64,000 nucleotides of DNA from Podarcis muralis (taxonomy: Eukaryota), in contig NC_135673.1 in assembly GCF_964188315.1 (NCBI RefSeq), positions 39,866,001 through 39,930,000 on the forward strand, in the 5' to 3' direction. The position numbers and the translations under genes were made by a program. The notes under the pieces are model-generated. The model saw only the letters and a list, made by a program, of their open reading frames with translations, searched no databases and was not told where the DNA came from. This document shows, piece after piece, positions 1 to 11,387 of the stretch. Numbering within the stretch: position 1 is the first letter of the stretch; every line of letters begins with the position of its first letter.

Positions 1-259
1 CCAAACTGAGCCATCCACTTGGCAAGTCCTCGCATGCTGCACCAAACCAGCGTGGTGCGGGGACTTGATTCTGCGGCGCCAGAAATTGTGTCTGCGCAGA
101 TGCTGGAAATCCTGTCTGCGCGGATGCTGGAAATTGTGTCTGCACAGACGCAGACATCAGAAATAGTGGGTGCGCACACTCACATGTGCACGATCCACCC
201 ACGGAGGGATCTCCGCTGGAGTGAACCGACCCAGGGGAGGTAAACCTTGCTGACCCCTG
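1..259. mobile_element. Right end of a non-autonomous hAT-like DNA transposon, cut by the window edge, with a short internal 24-bp tandem repeat
   Basis: Ends in ttgctgacccctg, the same terminus as the hAT MITEs at 42594 and 45421. Three copies of gaaattgtgtctgcgcagatgctg lie at about 81-152. Confidence 0.55.
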
Positions 260-683
260 GCTTAAGCTGTTGTTCTAGTGCTAACTGCTGACAGGTAACC
301 TCCACCAGCACCACATCTGTACCATACATATAAAGCAGCATTATCACTTCAAACAATCTTGAATTCACCTAAAGAACCTAGGAACTGTGATTTGAGGGTG
401 CTAATAATTTTTCAAAGAACTGTATCTGCCTCACAAAGCTGCAACTTCCAGAGTCCTTTAGCAATTAGTCCCTCTTCCCAGGGAACTCTACGCAGCCAAG
501 CTCCTTGCCGAATCCATCAAAACCAGGATGTACCGTACTTTTCGCTCTATAGGACGCACTTTTCCCCCTCCAAAATTAAGGGGAAATGTGTGTGTGTCCT
601 ATGGAGCGAATGCAGGCTCCTTGGCTTCAGCGATAGCAACGCAAAGCCTCCCAAGAGGAAGCGTTCCCAGTACCCACCAGGAG

Positions 684-750
684 ATGCTGGGGACTGAACC
701 TGATGCCTTCTGCATTCTAAGCAGTTGTTCTACCACTGAGCTATGGCCCT
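684..750 (-). mobile_element. tRNA-derived SINE fragment
   Basis: gatgctggggactgaacctg...ctaccactgagctatggcc is the reverse complement of a tRNA-like A/B-box head; similar copies at about 18270, 52800 and 62880. Confidence 0.55.
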
Positions 751-1328
751 AGCTCACAATATTGCTGTCAGGATAAAATGGAGAAGGTGGAGGCTGAAGT
801 GTGTATGCTCTGTGGAGGAAAGGTGGGATAGAAGTATAAGAAGGAATAAAGTATGTAAAGTAGCCTATTAAGTGAATAAACCACAGTATATTTTTAACTT
901 ACTCTCCTAATAATTTGTATATAAATTATAAAAGTGGTATATAAATTTTGTTAAATAAAAAAAGAGGAAATGTTCAAACAGTATGTTATGCCTGAGCCTT
1001 CATTGCTGAAACTCCCAACAGCATTTTCATGCTCACAAACACCTGATGAAGGAACCATTGTGACATAACCCATTCAAGCAGAGTGAAGGGGCAACAGGCT
1101 GTCAACAGTGGCAGTAGTTGGGGGCTCCCATCTATTAAAAAGCCACAGAAAGTCTTTTCATACTGCCTGAGGAATTAATCCCTTATTTAACGTTCATAAT
1201 TGCTGGATCGATTTAACAGGACTGGAGCTAACATTTGCTTGGATTTGGCACCATTGATAGGGAACTGCCTGCTGCATCCTCCGCTTTGAAGTCACCCTGG
1301 TCTTTGGGCCTCCAGCACCTTCTTCAGT

Positions 1329-1757
1329 ATGTCCAACCCATCTAAGAGGCGTATGATACTGGTGTTCCACTGGGTTAGGAAGAAGCCCCTGACAGAGAAG
1401 TTGTGCTCTACCATCTCGGCCAGACCTTCTGCCTCGGCACCGGCTTGCAACACTCCTCACATTTCACCCTACTTCACGAGGAGCAAGACACAACCCGCTC
1501 CGCTCAGGAGGTCCAGCAGGCGCAAGGTGCTGCGATTGCCGAATCTCACCGGCCCCAAGTTTTTAAGATCTGTCATTGGCAGCGTTGGTTGGAAGAGAGC
1601 CCGCAGGCGTGGCAAGCAAAAGAAGACTCCAGCGGGAACACGAAAAGGGGTGAGGGCTAGGCTAGAGGCAAGAAGGCTCCAAAGCTATTTGCGGGGTGGG
1701 ATTGCTTTGGAAGATGCCTTCTCACAATCTGTACCCTTGAACCATGTAAGGACATAA
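1329..1757 (+). CDS. Candidate intronless ORF, 142 aa, strongly basic, no recognised homologue
   Basis: First ATG downstream of a TATTAAAA at 1134-1141; A at -3; about a quarter of residues are K/R and only four are D/E. No family recognised, so coding status is unproven. Confidence 0.3.
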   Translation: MSNPSKRRMILVFHWVRKKPLTEKLCSTISARPSASAPACNTPHISPYFTRSKTQPAPLRRSSRRKVLRLPNLTGPKFLRSVIGSVGWKRARRRGKQKKTPAGTRKGVRARLEARRLQSYLRGGIALEDAFSQSVPLNHVRT

Positions 1758-2828
1758 GAAGTGCCTTCTCAGGGATAGCCGCCTGAAGCCTTCGGAGCGC
1801 AGTGCAAGTTCCCGCTGTGTTCCGGAGGCTTCAGGTTCCTTTCGCTGAAGCCAGGAGAGTCTTGCCCCACTGCTTCCCCCCACTGCCAGCCCCACAAGCT
1901 CAGGGGGCAGCGGTAAGGTGGCGCGCAGCCTTTGTGCTGCTCCCCGACTTGGTCTTTGAGGCTGGGGGGGGGGAAGCGCTGCTTTCCCCCACCACCAGCC
2001 CCATAAGCTCGGGGGGCAGCGGGAAGGTGGCGCGCAGCCTTTGCGCTGCTCCCCGACCTGGTCTTTGAGGCTGGCGGTGGGGGAAAGCAGCGCTCCGCCC
2101 CCCCCGCCAACCCCAAAGAGCAGGTCGAAAGGAACCCGAAGCCTCTGGAGCCCAGCGGGAACTCCCGCCGCACTCCTGAGGCTTCGGGTTGCCTTCACTG
2201 AAGCCTGGAGAGTGAGAGGGATCAGTGCACAGCGACCCCTCTCGCTCTCCAGGCTTCCAAGGTAGCCGCCTGAAGCCTCCAGAGCTGCTCCGGAGGCTTT
2301 GGGTAAACGCACCTTGAATGCACAGAACGCACCTTGTTTTTAGAGGGGCAGAACAAGAAAAAAAATTCTCCCCCTCTCTGCGCAGCGCCCCTTCAGCCAA
2401 GCGGCAGGAGAAATGGAAGGGGCTCCGTTTTTCCTGCCGCTTCGCTGAAGGGGCGCTAAGCAGAGAGGGGAAGAATTTTTTTTTCCTTGTTCTCCCCCTC
2501 TAAAACAAGGTTTGTCCTATGGTCGGGTGCGTCCTATAGAGCGAAAAATACGGTAATCATTAAAATAAATAGGAATTGTGGGTCAAAACTGTACTTTAAA
2601 TCTGTGGGTTTTGTTATACTCTTATTTTAAAAGGCACAATTTCCATGCAATTTGTATGTATATTTTTCTCTGCTGTGGTGGTCTTGATAACCCTGTGCTC
2701 TATCTGATGAACAAATGAACCAAAAGTTTGCACACTTTTCTGTTTTATGACATGTCAGTGTAGTGTGTACACACACTAGGAAGCAGCAACCGATTGCAGT
2801 TTCCCAACAGATGCAGTTCACACAATAC

Positions 2829-2829
<1 letters not shown>

Positions 2830-2867
<38 letters not shown>
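2830..2867. repeat. (TG)n microsatellite
   Basis: Direct reading of the sequence. Confidence 0.95.
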
Positions 2868-2871
<4 letters not shown>

Positions 2872-3214
2872 AATATAGAAGTGGACAGTGGAGAAAACTA
2901 ATGCCCCTTTGAAACAGGCAAAAGCACTGTAAAGTCCTCACCGTGCAAGTTCCATAATCCATTTCCTTAGCTCGTGTCCACATGGAAACCTTAAGAAACA
3001 ATATGCAATTCTCAATTTGGAAGTCATGTGAGCAAGAGAAGGGGGTTATAATTGCATCCGAAATGAGTAGAAAGTGAATCTGTTATGGGTCAGTGACTCA
3101 GCAAAGCTCATGCTTTCATCATTTTGAAGATTCTTCAAGCCTCTGAGAATTCATTCTTGCTTCCAAGGAGCAGGGGAGAGTGAGAGAGAACTAGCAGCTA
3201 CTTCTCTTGCAGAC

Positions 3215-3422
3215 ATGGCTTATTGGAACCCCTTCCTTCTCTTCAGCTTGATGGCCCCTTGGATCATGCTCTGTCCATCTCATGCCTTTCCAACTGGTGC
3301 TCCTGCATCAGCCTGTGAGAATATGTTACCTATTCACACAGGGACCCAGCCTCAGCAGACTCCAGCACCCTATGAATTCCTAGTTAGTACACCCTATTTC
3401 CTAAACGGGCAGCCTGTTAATG
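3215..3422 (+). CDS. Reeler-domain protein (putative defense protein/FRRS1-like Reeler), coding exon 1 of 5, with signal peptide; whole CDS 600 nt, 199 aa
   Basis: MAYWNPFLLFSLMAPWIMLCPSHA|FPTGAPASACENMLPIH matches the Reeler N-terminal motif FPxGAPxxACxxMxPxH. Acceptor ttgcag just before the ATG implies an upstream non-coding exon. Donor G|GTAAGT at 3423, phase 1. Confidence 0.85.
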
Positions 3423-4244
3423 GTAAGTTCCTAAACTGGATTTTAAAAACTTTGGTTGATGATAGATAGATGTCTGTAATAATACCTTTGTTTTATTCAA
3501 TAATTTATTAAAAATGAGGGGAGAAGAAATCTATATATTCTCATTAATTAACTCACAAAATTATTTTTTAAAAAAACACAAAAGAAAAATGTTATATAAT
3601 GTAATTACTAACCCGAGCTAACATATTTATCAAGTTTTTCCTCCTAAGATATAGGTAGGCACAAATGCAAAACCCTTTGCAACCTTCTCTGTACTTCATC
3701 ATAATGGTGGTATGCAACTAAGTTTTACTCAGAGTAAACCTACTGAAATTAATCAAAGTGACTAAGTTTTGTCCGTTAAGTTCCATAGGTGTAATTGGAG
3801 TAAAACTTAATTGAATACCAGATAGAGTTACAGTTTGCACTTAGTCTCTTTCCAGAAAAGGCTTTTGATAATGTTGCTGCATATGTCTCTAGTTTGTTGT
3901 GGGTATATGGGTACCCTCATCCACCCACCCTACCCTGTTTTTGGGTGCCCTGACCTCCTCTAGATTCCTCAGTGCTGGAGTTTAATCAGTTATTTGAGAA
4001 TTAAGATGGGCTCATAGACAGTTTCATTTAACAGTGGGACAATGCAGCCTAACTTTGTTTTTCTGGACCAGGGTATCACTTTGGGTATAAGTCATTAAGA
4101 ACAACAAAGGCTGGTGATGGCCAGGCATCAACCCTTCAATTGGGTGGCGCCTGTGAAAGACAGGGAATGGGGGCTCTCTTCCAAATGTGTGTGTCAGTGG
4201 GCAGAGAAGGAAAAGGTTAGGGTTCCAGCAGGGATGGTGTAGGC

Positions 4245-4570
4245 CAGTGGTTTTCAACCAGCCTGCCATGGCACTTAAGGATAATCAGAGGTGCCGCATA
4301 CAAGCTCCCCAGGCTATGGTGCCTCTAGGGCTGGCCAGCGGCTGCTTCCCAGGCCTCGGTGGGGCAGTGTGAGGAGGCAGCTTAGAGACCATTGGCAGCA
4401 GCTGCAGCTCCCCAAGACTCCCAAGGAGAGGAGAGGAGGCTGAGGGAACCCTCCACAAGGGAGGGTGTTTCAAAAGGGGTGAGGAGCTGCCAACTCTGCA
4501 GGCAAGGGGTGACATAACTGGGCTTCTGAGCCCCACAAGGGGGGGCGAAGAAAGAATGTAGTTGGTCAAA
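4245..4570. mobile_element. Partial hAT MITE, same family as 13512-13906
   Basis: Starts cagtggttttcaacc after gtgtaggc; interior (gaggagaggagaggaggctgagggaac...gggtgacataactgggcttctgagccccaca) shared with the 13.5-kb copy; right TIR missing. Confidence 0.65.
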
Positions 4571-4833
4571 AACAGCCAGAGAATATATAAGGAATGGGGA
4601 ATCTTTGGTCCTCTAGATGCTGCTGAACTAAAATTGCAATCAGTCCCAGCAAGCATAGCCAACGGCTTTGAGCTGTAGTTCAGCCACATCTGGACCACCA
4701 AAGGCTCTCCAAACATAATATATAGCCTGTTCCTGGACAGGTTATAAACACCATTATAGATCCAGCTGCGGAAAACAAGCGATTTAACCAAACCAGGCTT
4801 ATTTGTTACTTGATGCCTGTCATCTTTCTCCAG

Positions 4834-4946
4834 TTCAGATCCTTGGTTCTGCATACAGAGGGTTATTGTTGGAAGCTCGTGCATTTGGTTCCACAGCTGC
4901 ACTAGGTTTTTGGCAAACTCCTCCCAATAATACTAAATTATTACAG
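4834..4946 (+). CDS. Reeler-domain protein, exon 2
   Basis: ctttctccag| acceptor; (V)QILGSAYRGLLLEARAFGSTAALGFWQTPPNNTKLLQ; donor CAG|GTAAGA; phases fit exons 1 and 3. Confidence 0.85.
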
Positions 4947-5357
4947 GTAAGAGACAAACGGTCATTCTTTAGTGTCTGCTGTAGCAAAATCATTGCCAGA
5001 AACAGTCCCCATTCCCACCCCAAACCAGAGAAGGGTCACAGATTGAACGATATAACTCATAGTTGATCCAGCTAGTTATTCATTTTTCCTGCACTTACAG
5101 TTTGATGAGACCCTATGCCAGTGGTTAAGGAGTGTGTGGCCCTCCAGATGTTGCTGGACTCCAATCAGCTCCAGACAGCATGGCCAGTAGTCAGAGATGA
5201 TGATAGGATTTGTAGCCCAAAATCTGGACAACTTAAATATCCCCATCTCTGGGATGTGGGGATGAGGTTAGTTTAGACTTCCTCACTCTGGTGTCTTCCA
5301 GATGTTTTGGGCTACACTTCCCATCAGCTGCATTAGAGAATTTGGCCACATCCTAGA

Positions 5358-5497
5358 TCAGGGGTGGCTAATCTGCGGTCCTCTGAATGCTGTTGAAGCT
5401 CTAGCTCCCATCATCCTTGATCATTAGACATGCTGGCTTGGGCTAGTGGGAGCTGGGGTCTGACAATGTCTGGATGGCCGCAGATTAATCATCCCTG
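5358..5497. mobile_element. Short hAT-type MITE
   Basis: TIRs caggggtggctaatctgcgg and ccgcagattaatcatccctg; related fragments at about 4600-4720, 5120-5230, 5690-5770, 8180-8310, 11670-11770 and 19560-19700. Confidence 0.6.
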
Positions 5498-6125
5498 CCC
5501 TAAACAGCCTGTCTGTGAAGAAATGGCAACATGTTCAGGAGAGCAATGCATCATAAGTCAGAAAGGAAGGCCCACGTGTCTTTTATTAAAATAAGTGGGA
5601 AGTTCAACACTTCTGATATCTGGACAGCAGAAGTGACCAAAAGTCCTAAAATGGCTGGTTCCAAATGTCCAAAACAGGTTTGGGGGAACTTTAGCCCTCC
5701 AGATAATGGGATAATGGGAGTTGTAGTTCAGCCACAGCTAGAGGGGGGATGGCCCCCCACTCTTGGTCTATAAAATGTGTCAGGAATCATAACCTTCAAG
5801 ATAATGCCATCAATTTAACTCAGATTGTAAAATTCAACATTTGAATTTGAACGTGCCTGGTTAGCTTTTAAAGGCAAACGAATCTCTGTAAAGGATGAAT
5901 ACTAAGTGGCTGCTTAAAAAAAAATGTTGCAATATTAAAAATCAGAGCAGGAACCTGGGCAATGTGGGGAAATGAATTTTGTTTACTAATGGATGGTGAA
6001 CTAAATAAATTTATCTCCCAATATTTCTGGACTGGCTCTATAAAAAGTGTGATGGGGTCTTGGTTCTGCTTTAAAATAGATAAATTTGAGGAAGCTTATT
6101 TAAAGTGACGTGTCTCCTTTTGCAG

Positions 6126-6241
6126 TGTTCTGGAAATCCACAAGGCGCAGTGACTCATTCTAATACCAATTTAAAAACAGGACAAGACAGTTACACATGG
6201 CTTCCACCCAACTCTGGCTGCCCTTCAGTAGTTATATTTGT
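6126..6241 (+). CDS. Reeler-domain protein, exon 3
   Basis: ctccttttgcag| acceptor; CSGNPQGAVTHSNTNLKTGQDSYTWLPPNSGCPSVVIF(V), carrying the Reeler C..AVTHS..K..W.PP motif; donor GT|GTAAGT, phase 2. Confidence 0.85.
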
Positions 6242-6554
6242 GTAAGTTTCACATGTTCTCTAAAATACTGCCTTCCCTAAATCATAAGACAATTGTGAGG
6301 AATCCTCAGATATTGCTGAAATACAACTCTTGTTCCTGGCCATCCCTGTCTTGCTTGCTAGAGCTGATGGGAATTGTAGTTCAAGGGAAAGGCTCCCCAT
6401 TCCTGATCTGGATTTAAGCTCCTTCCCATGGCTTCAGAAGCCTCTTTTGATGGCTGCAAACATTACCAGGCAATTAATGGGAGATAATTTTCTCTGTCTG
6501 CATGCTATGATTTCATTCTGCAAGAAGGCAGAAGGCAAGTTTATTTTAAGAGTA

Positions 6555-7822
6555 TGAGGGTCGTTCATTAAAGATTTCCTCTGACCCACTTCCGGTTATC
6601 ATAGGAGGATGAAATTGCACATGTACATCTCTCCCTAGGTAATGTGGTAATTTGTAGCTTTGAGCTCCTAACAGTTTCTCTGTTACGGGTGCTAACGTGG
6701 AGTAAGTCTGATAATGGAACCACTTGAATGCAGGGCAGTCATCAGGTTCCTGTACTTGAAAGCGCACACACCACGGCAGACGTTCGATGAGATGAAAGGG
6801 ACTTATGGGGAAGATGCCCCATCGTATGACGTAGTCAAGCACTGGCATCGTCAGTTCAAGTGTGGTCAGACTTTGGTGGAACAGCTCCAATTCCCAAGCG
6901 ACCATAGTCCGTCATTGATGAAGCCACTTCATTGATGAAGTGGAGATCACCATTCTGGAGGAAGATCACATACCCATTTGCCAGCTAGCTGCAGATGTCA
7001 AGATCAGTGTGGGCTCTGTAGAAAAAAAATCATCCATGACCATTTGTTCATGGGAAAGGTGTCCTCACGGTGGGTTCCCTGGCTGCTGCCTTTCCAGAAG
7101 CAGGAACAAGCCACATGCTCATGGGCTTGTTTGGCCATGTGTCACAAAAACCATGATGGCTTCTTTGCCAGACTAATTATTAATTACTCAGGATGAAACA
7201 TGGGTCCATCATTATGACCCAGAGACTAAATCCCAGTCCAAACAATGGAAACATTCCACCTCACCACCTCCAACCATCAGCAGGCAAGGTCATGCTCATG
7301 GTCTTTTGGGACCAGCGTGGAATAGTGATGATGGATTTCCTGGCAAAGGCTACCACAGTTACCGGGACATATTATGCTTCGCTGCTGCAGAAATTGTGGA
7401 AGGCCATCAAAACCAAGAGGCGTGGTATGCTGACCAGAAGCGTCTGCCTCCTGCAGGATAATGCCCCGGTTCACAACTCACATGTTGCTCAGACGGAAGC
7501 ATGGTCCTGTGGCTATGAAATCCTTCCTCACCCCCCTTATTCTCCCGACCTTGCACCATCAGACTTCCACCTCTTTCCAACCATTAAGTTATTTTTGAAG
7601 GGCAAGCTTTTTCCAGATGATGAAATGCTGATTTCTGAGGTCAAGTCGTGGCTTCTGACACAACCTGCTGACTTCTACTCACGAGGCTCCACAACTGCAT
7701 AGAGTGATGAGGAAAGTGCTTTGACTCTTGCTGGTATCTATGTGGAGAAGGACTAATAACTGTGCCGAGTTTCATTTGTCTCTGTCTATGGGAAGTATAT
7801 CAGGGGAAATCTTTAACCCTCG
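6555..7822 (+). mobile_element. Near full-length (about 1.27 kb) mariner transposon fossil in intron 3 of the Reeler gene
   Basis: Termini ta-tgagggtcgttcattaaagatttcct and ggaaatctttaaccctcg-ta with TA flanks; transposase fragments between them. Confidence 0.9.
6714..7757 (+). pseudogene. Frameshifted mariner (SETMAR/Hsmar-like D,D34D) transposase
   Basis: MEPLECRAVIRFLYLK...TFDEMKGTYGEDAPSYDVVKHWHRQFKCG (HTH region); DETWVHHYDPETK at about 7190; LQDNAPVH; HPPYSPDLAPSDFHLF. Split over several frames. Confidence 0.85.
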
Positions 7823-7875
7823 TATAATGAACTTTAGGAACTGCATCAAAGTAATTACAAACTGGAGGGGTTTTT

Positions 7876-7893
7876 AATAATAATAATAATAAT

Positions 7894-7925
<32 letters not shown>
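7876..7925. repeat. (AAT)n/(GAT)n compound microsatellite
   Basis: Direct reading of the sequence. Confidence 0.9.
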
Positions 7926-7926
<1 letters not shown>

Positions 7927-7994
7927 GCAGGAGTAGGCAGAGCCCAATCTCAATATGCATTGTAATTGTGATGTCCCTTTTCCTATTGTATCAG

Positions 7995-8059
7995 GGCTAC
8001 AGTCGCCCAGTCTCATGACATCTACTGGACCAACGTCAAATCCAAAGTGATCTGGAGAA
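7995..8059 (+). CDS. Reeler-domain protein, exon 4
   Basis: ttgtatcag| acceptor; ATVAQSHDIYWTNVKSKVIWR, carrying the Reeler F.ATV.Q...YW motif; donor A|GTGAGT, phase 1. Confidence 0.85.
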
Positions 8060-8957
8060 GTGAGTAACTTACCACTCTGTTATGTGAAATAAGTTCCCAG
8101 TCTTAAGGTAACTACGCATCTCCCCTGAAATTGAATAGGCCACAAGTACAGATGGCATTGGGTTAAATATATCCCAATAACACAGCCTTCACCAACCTGC
8201 TGCCCTCCAGATGCTAGTAACTAGAAGCCCCATCAACCCCAGCCAGCATTGCTTGTGGGATGGCTTTAGACTTGTAGTCAAACATTTGAAGGGAACAAGA
8301 CTGGGGAAGGGCAATAACGTATCAGCTGGTATAATGCTTTGCTTGGATACTTGATACCCCGCCATGGGATCATGAGAAGTGTTCCTTGTTTTATTATGAG
8401 ACAGAAGGGGTTACTGGTTTACATGAGACTGCCTTGTTTGATAGTCTCTGGCCCTAGTAAAATCATTAGCTATGATGGAAGTTGATGCGTGTACCTTTCA
8501 TTTTAAAAAGACACCTTATTGTTGGGGCAGAAACTGAATGCTGAATAAAATTCAAAAGGTGTCAGGATGTAGTTTTGCAAATTTAATGCTTTGTGCCCCA
8601 TTGGAGCCAAAAGCAACTAACATTAACTGGAAAAGATGCACAATGTACTGATGTAATTTTTGGAGCAGCACTGAAAAAATGCCCAATGGTCTGAATGATG
8701 TGCCTTGCCTGCTTCTTAATGCACACTAACACAATGAGGAGCATGGCCATGACATGCTGACCGATTGTTGATGGATGGGGCGGAAACAGAAAACCAGGTG
8801 AAAATGGGGGGAAATGAAATATACTGGAAAGGGCCTGGTTAGGGGTCTGACAACCCAAACAGGCCCATTTCACACCACAACATTTTGTTGCAAGCTCCAC
8901 TTGTATCTCAACTTAACCTGTATCTTCATGACTCTGATTTTCTTTCCACCATTGCAG

Positions 8958-9055
8958 ATTCCAAAGCTACCTGTGGAGTGGAATCATTTACAAGGTCACT
9001 ATCTGCTAATGCAGCAATCTTCTCTCTGCTCCCGATTTTACTGGGATACATTTAG
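8958..9055 (+). CDS. Reeler-domain protein, last coding exon with GPI-signal-like tail
   Basis: ctttccaccattgcag| acceptor; (N)SKATCGVESFTRSLSANAAIFSLLPILLGYI*; AATAAA at 9131-9136; frame closes exactly at 600 nt. Confidence 0.75.
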
Positions 9056-9565
9056 AAACCAGCCTACAGCAATTTACTCGCATTCTTTAGTAATCTAAAC
9101 ACATTGTTTTGTGTGGGCTATGCATTAAATAATAAAAAGCTCTGCTCACTGCAGTGAAGACTTTCCTAAACTTGTGCTTGCTGTTTCAATTGGCATTTTG
9201 TGTACAGCTTTTCTGCTCCTTCTAATATAATCTTTAAGACACTGGGGATGGGATAGATTAAAAAAATAAAAGTGTTTACACTCCCAAGTGCATGTTTAAT
9301 GAAAACTGGGCAACATCCAGTGATGTTCATCCACTTGTACATAGGAAATTCCCTTTTGCAACAGGACTTCTGGTTCCTCTCTCCCCCCTACAGCTCCTCA
9401 TATCCCCACAATATCTGTTCCAAAGCATCCCTCAGCTCTCCAGAACAGATTTTGGGGCTACAGATGGAGTTGCAGAGAGAACAAAGCAGTCCTGTTGTAC
9501 AAGCAGACTTCATTCCCATGACACTGGATGTCTCCAAAAGAGCCTTAACTCACCTAAAGGGTGAA

Positions 9566-9922
9566 ACCTTTAAAGCCCTAAACGGCCTCGGTCCTGTATA
9601 CCTGAAGGAGTGTCTCCACCCCAACCATTCAGCCCGGACACTGAGATCCAGCGCCGAGGGCCTTCTGGCAGTTCCCTCATTGCAAGAAGTGAGGTTACAG
9701 GGAACCAGACAGAGGGCCTTCTCGGTAGTGGCGCCTGCCCTGTGGAACGCCCTCCCTTCAGATGTGAAGGAAATAAGCAGCCATCTTCTCTTTAAGAGAC
9801 ATCTGAAGGCAGCCCTGTTTAGGGAAGTTTTTAATATTTAATGCTGTATTGTTTTTAACACTTGATTGGAAGCCGCCCAGAGTGGCTGGGGAAACTCAGC
9901 CAGATGGGCGGGGTATAAATAA

Positions 9923-9971
<49 letters not shown>
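9566..9971 (+). mobile_element. L2-clade LINE 3' fragment with (ATT)n tail
   Basis: TFKALNGLGPVYLKECLHP...RAFSVVAPALWNALP C-terminus and 3' UTR shared with the copies at 29.6, 34.9 and 54.8 kb. Confidence 0.85.
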
Positions 9972-9973
<2 letters not shown>

Positions 9974-11366
9974 AGGCTTGCTGGATCTTCCAGGGAAAGT
10001 ATCCCAGACTTATGATGACACTACCATAAAAAGGCTCTGCACCTAGTATCTGCTAACAGAGGCATGTTTGAGAGCAGAGCCCCTGAAACCAACTGGAGGC
10101 TCAGACAAATTCATGTGGCAAGTTCTGGTAACTTTGTCCCAGGCTATTAACAGACTTAAGGGTCAATGTCTAATTCTTTAAACTAGGCTTAAAAGCAAAC
10201 AGGCAACCTAGCCAATTGATATAAAATTGGCACAATATGCTCCAAGTTTGAAAACCCACAAACATTCTATTCTGACCACTCAATTCCAGTGTCATAGATA
10301 TATTTTCTCTAGATCAGGGGTGGAGGGACCACATTCCTTTATGAGCAACCTTTGGAATGGGGGCACATGCCAGTGGTGGACTTTCACCTTTGAACAGGAG
10401 GCTACATTTCAGCCATGCAGAAGTCAAAGTTTTCTATACTCCCATACCATACCACACATTTTTCTATCCAGGCAAGTGGGAGGCATTATTATTATAGTTA
10501 ACATTCCGGCCAGGCAAAACTACTCAGGGAGGGTGAGGAACTGGCCTAGGGAAAGTCACTTTGGCTGCATAGAAACCTAAAGGGCCAAAATAGGCCTGTT
10601 CTAGAAACATCCACAGCTTGTGAAATGGTAGATACTACCTGAGGATCCAAATATAAAGCTGTGTCCAGGAGCACCATGCCTGCATATTTGTTCCTTCAGG
10701 AATAGTAAAGTCATAAGCCCTAAACATAGTACTTTCATCTTATCAGGATTAAGTTTTAGCTAGTTTCATCATGCCAAAAAGGAATTTCAAAACACTGATT
10801 CAGGATAACCACCACCTCCTTAGGTTTAGACCAGGGATAAGAAACCTTTGGCCTTCCTATTGTTGCTAAACTGTGACTCCCATTGGTCCTAGCAAACATG
10901 GCCAATGATGCACCTGGCTTAGATGGTGAAAATGAGAATGAACTGTTGTCAGTATACCCAACTCTGCAGCTGATGTTTCCCACTGGTTTCACGTAGTAAT
11001 CAAAGAGCAAAGAAGAACAATCTGGCACCCCTTAAAATAGGGATAAGTCAACATGATGCCTTCCACATGTTTTCGACTACAAGTGCCATCACTCAAGCCA
11101 ACAACAGCAACCATGTGTTAAGAGTAATGTATCAAATGTACCTTTCATGAAGGTCAGCATGAAAAACAAACCCAATACAGTATTCTGTCTGTCTTGTCAA
11201 CATTCTCACATTTGCATTATTTCAATCTGTATTTTATTTCTTTATTGCAATTTTATTGGTACAGTATTAGAAGCTTATTGTCCTCTCTCCTCGTGAGATT
11301 ATGATCAATATGCTCCACACTTTGTCAAATACATGTTTATTAAGTTGCTTTCATTGCACCGTGGTT

Positions 11367-11387
11367 TTACTTAATGTTCTCCAAACC
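11367..11387 (-). CDS. NDUFA1: NADH:ubiquinone oxidoreductase subunit A1, exon 3
   Basis: tttccag|GGT TTG GAG AAC ATT AAG TAA = GLENIK*; AATAAA on the minus strand at 11336-11341. Confidence 0.9.
   Translation of the reverse strand, partial: GLENIK

Larger units (their letters stand above)
533..2553 (-). mobile_element. TIR-bounded Tc1/mariner-superfamily (pogo/Tc2-like) non-autonomous element, interrupted by about 1.1 kb of unrelated sequence
   Basis: 27-bp TIRs: ccgtacttttcgctctataggacgcac (533-559) and gtgcgtcctatagagcgaaaaatacgg (2527-2553), one mismatch, each flanked by TA. GC-rich palindromic interior at about 620-660 and 1775-2510. No transposase ORF. Confidence 0.65.

Noticed and set aside
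1722-2400. Overlapping 130-200-aa ORFs
   Set aside because: GC-rich, internally repeated interior of a non-autonomous transposon; no transposase motifs.
9849-10046. Poly-leucine ORF
   Set aside because: Translation of the (ATT)n tail of an L2 element.
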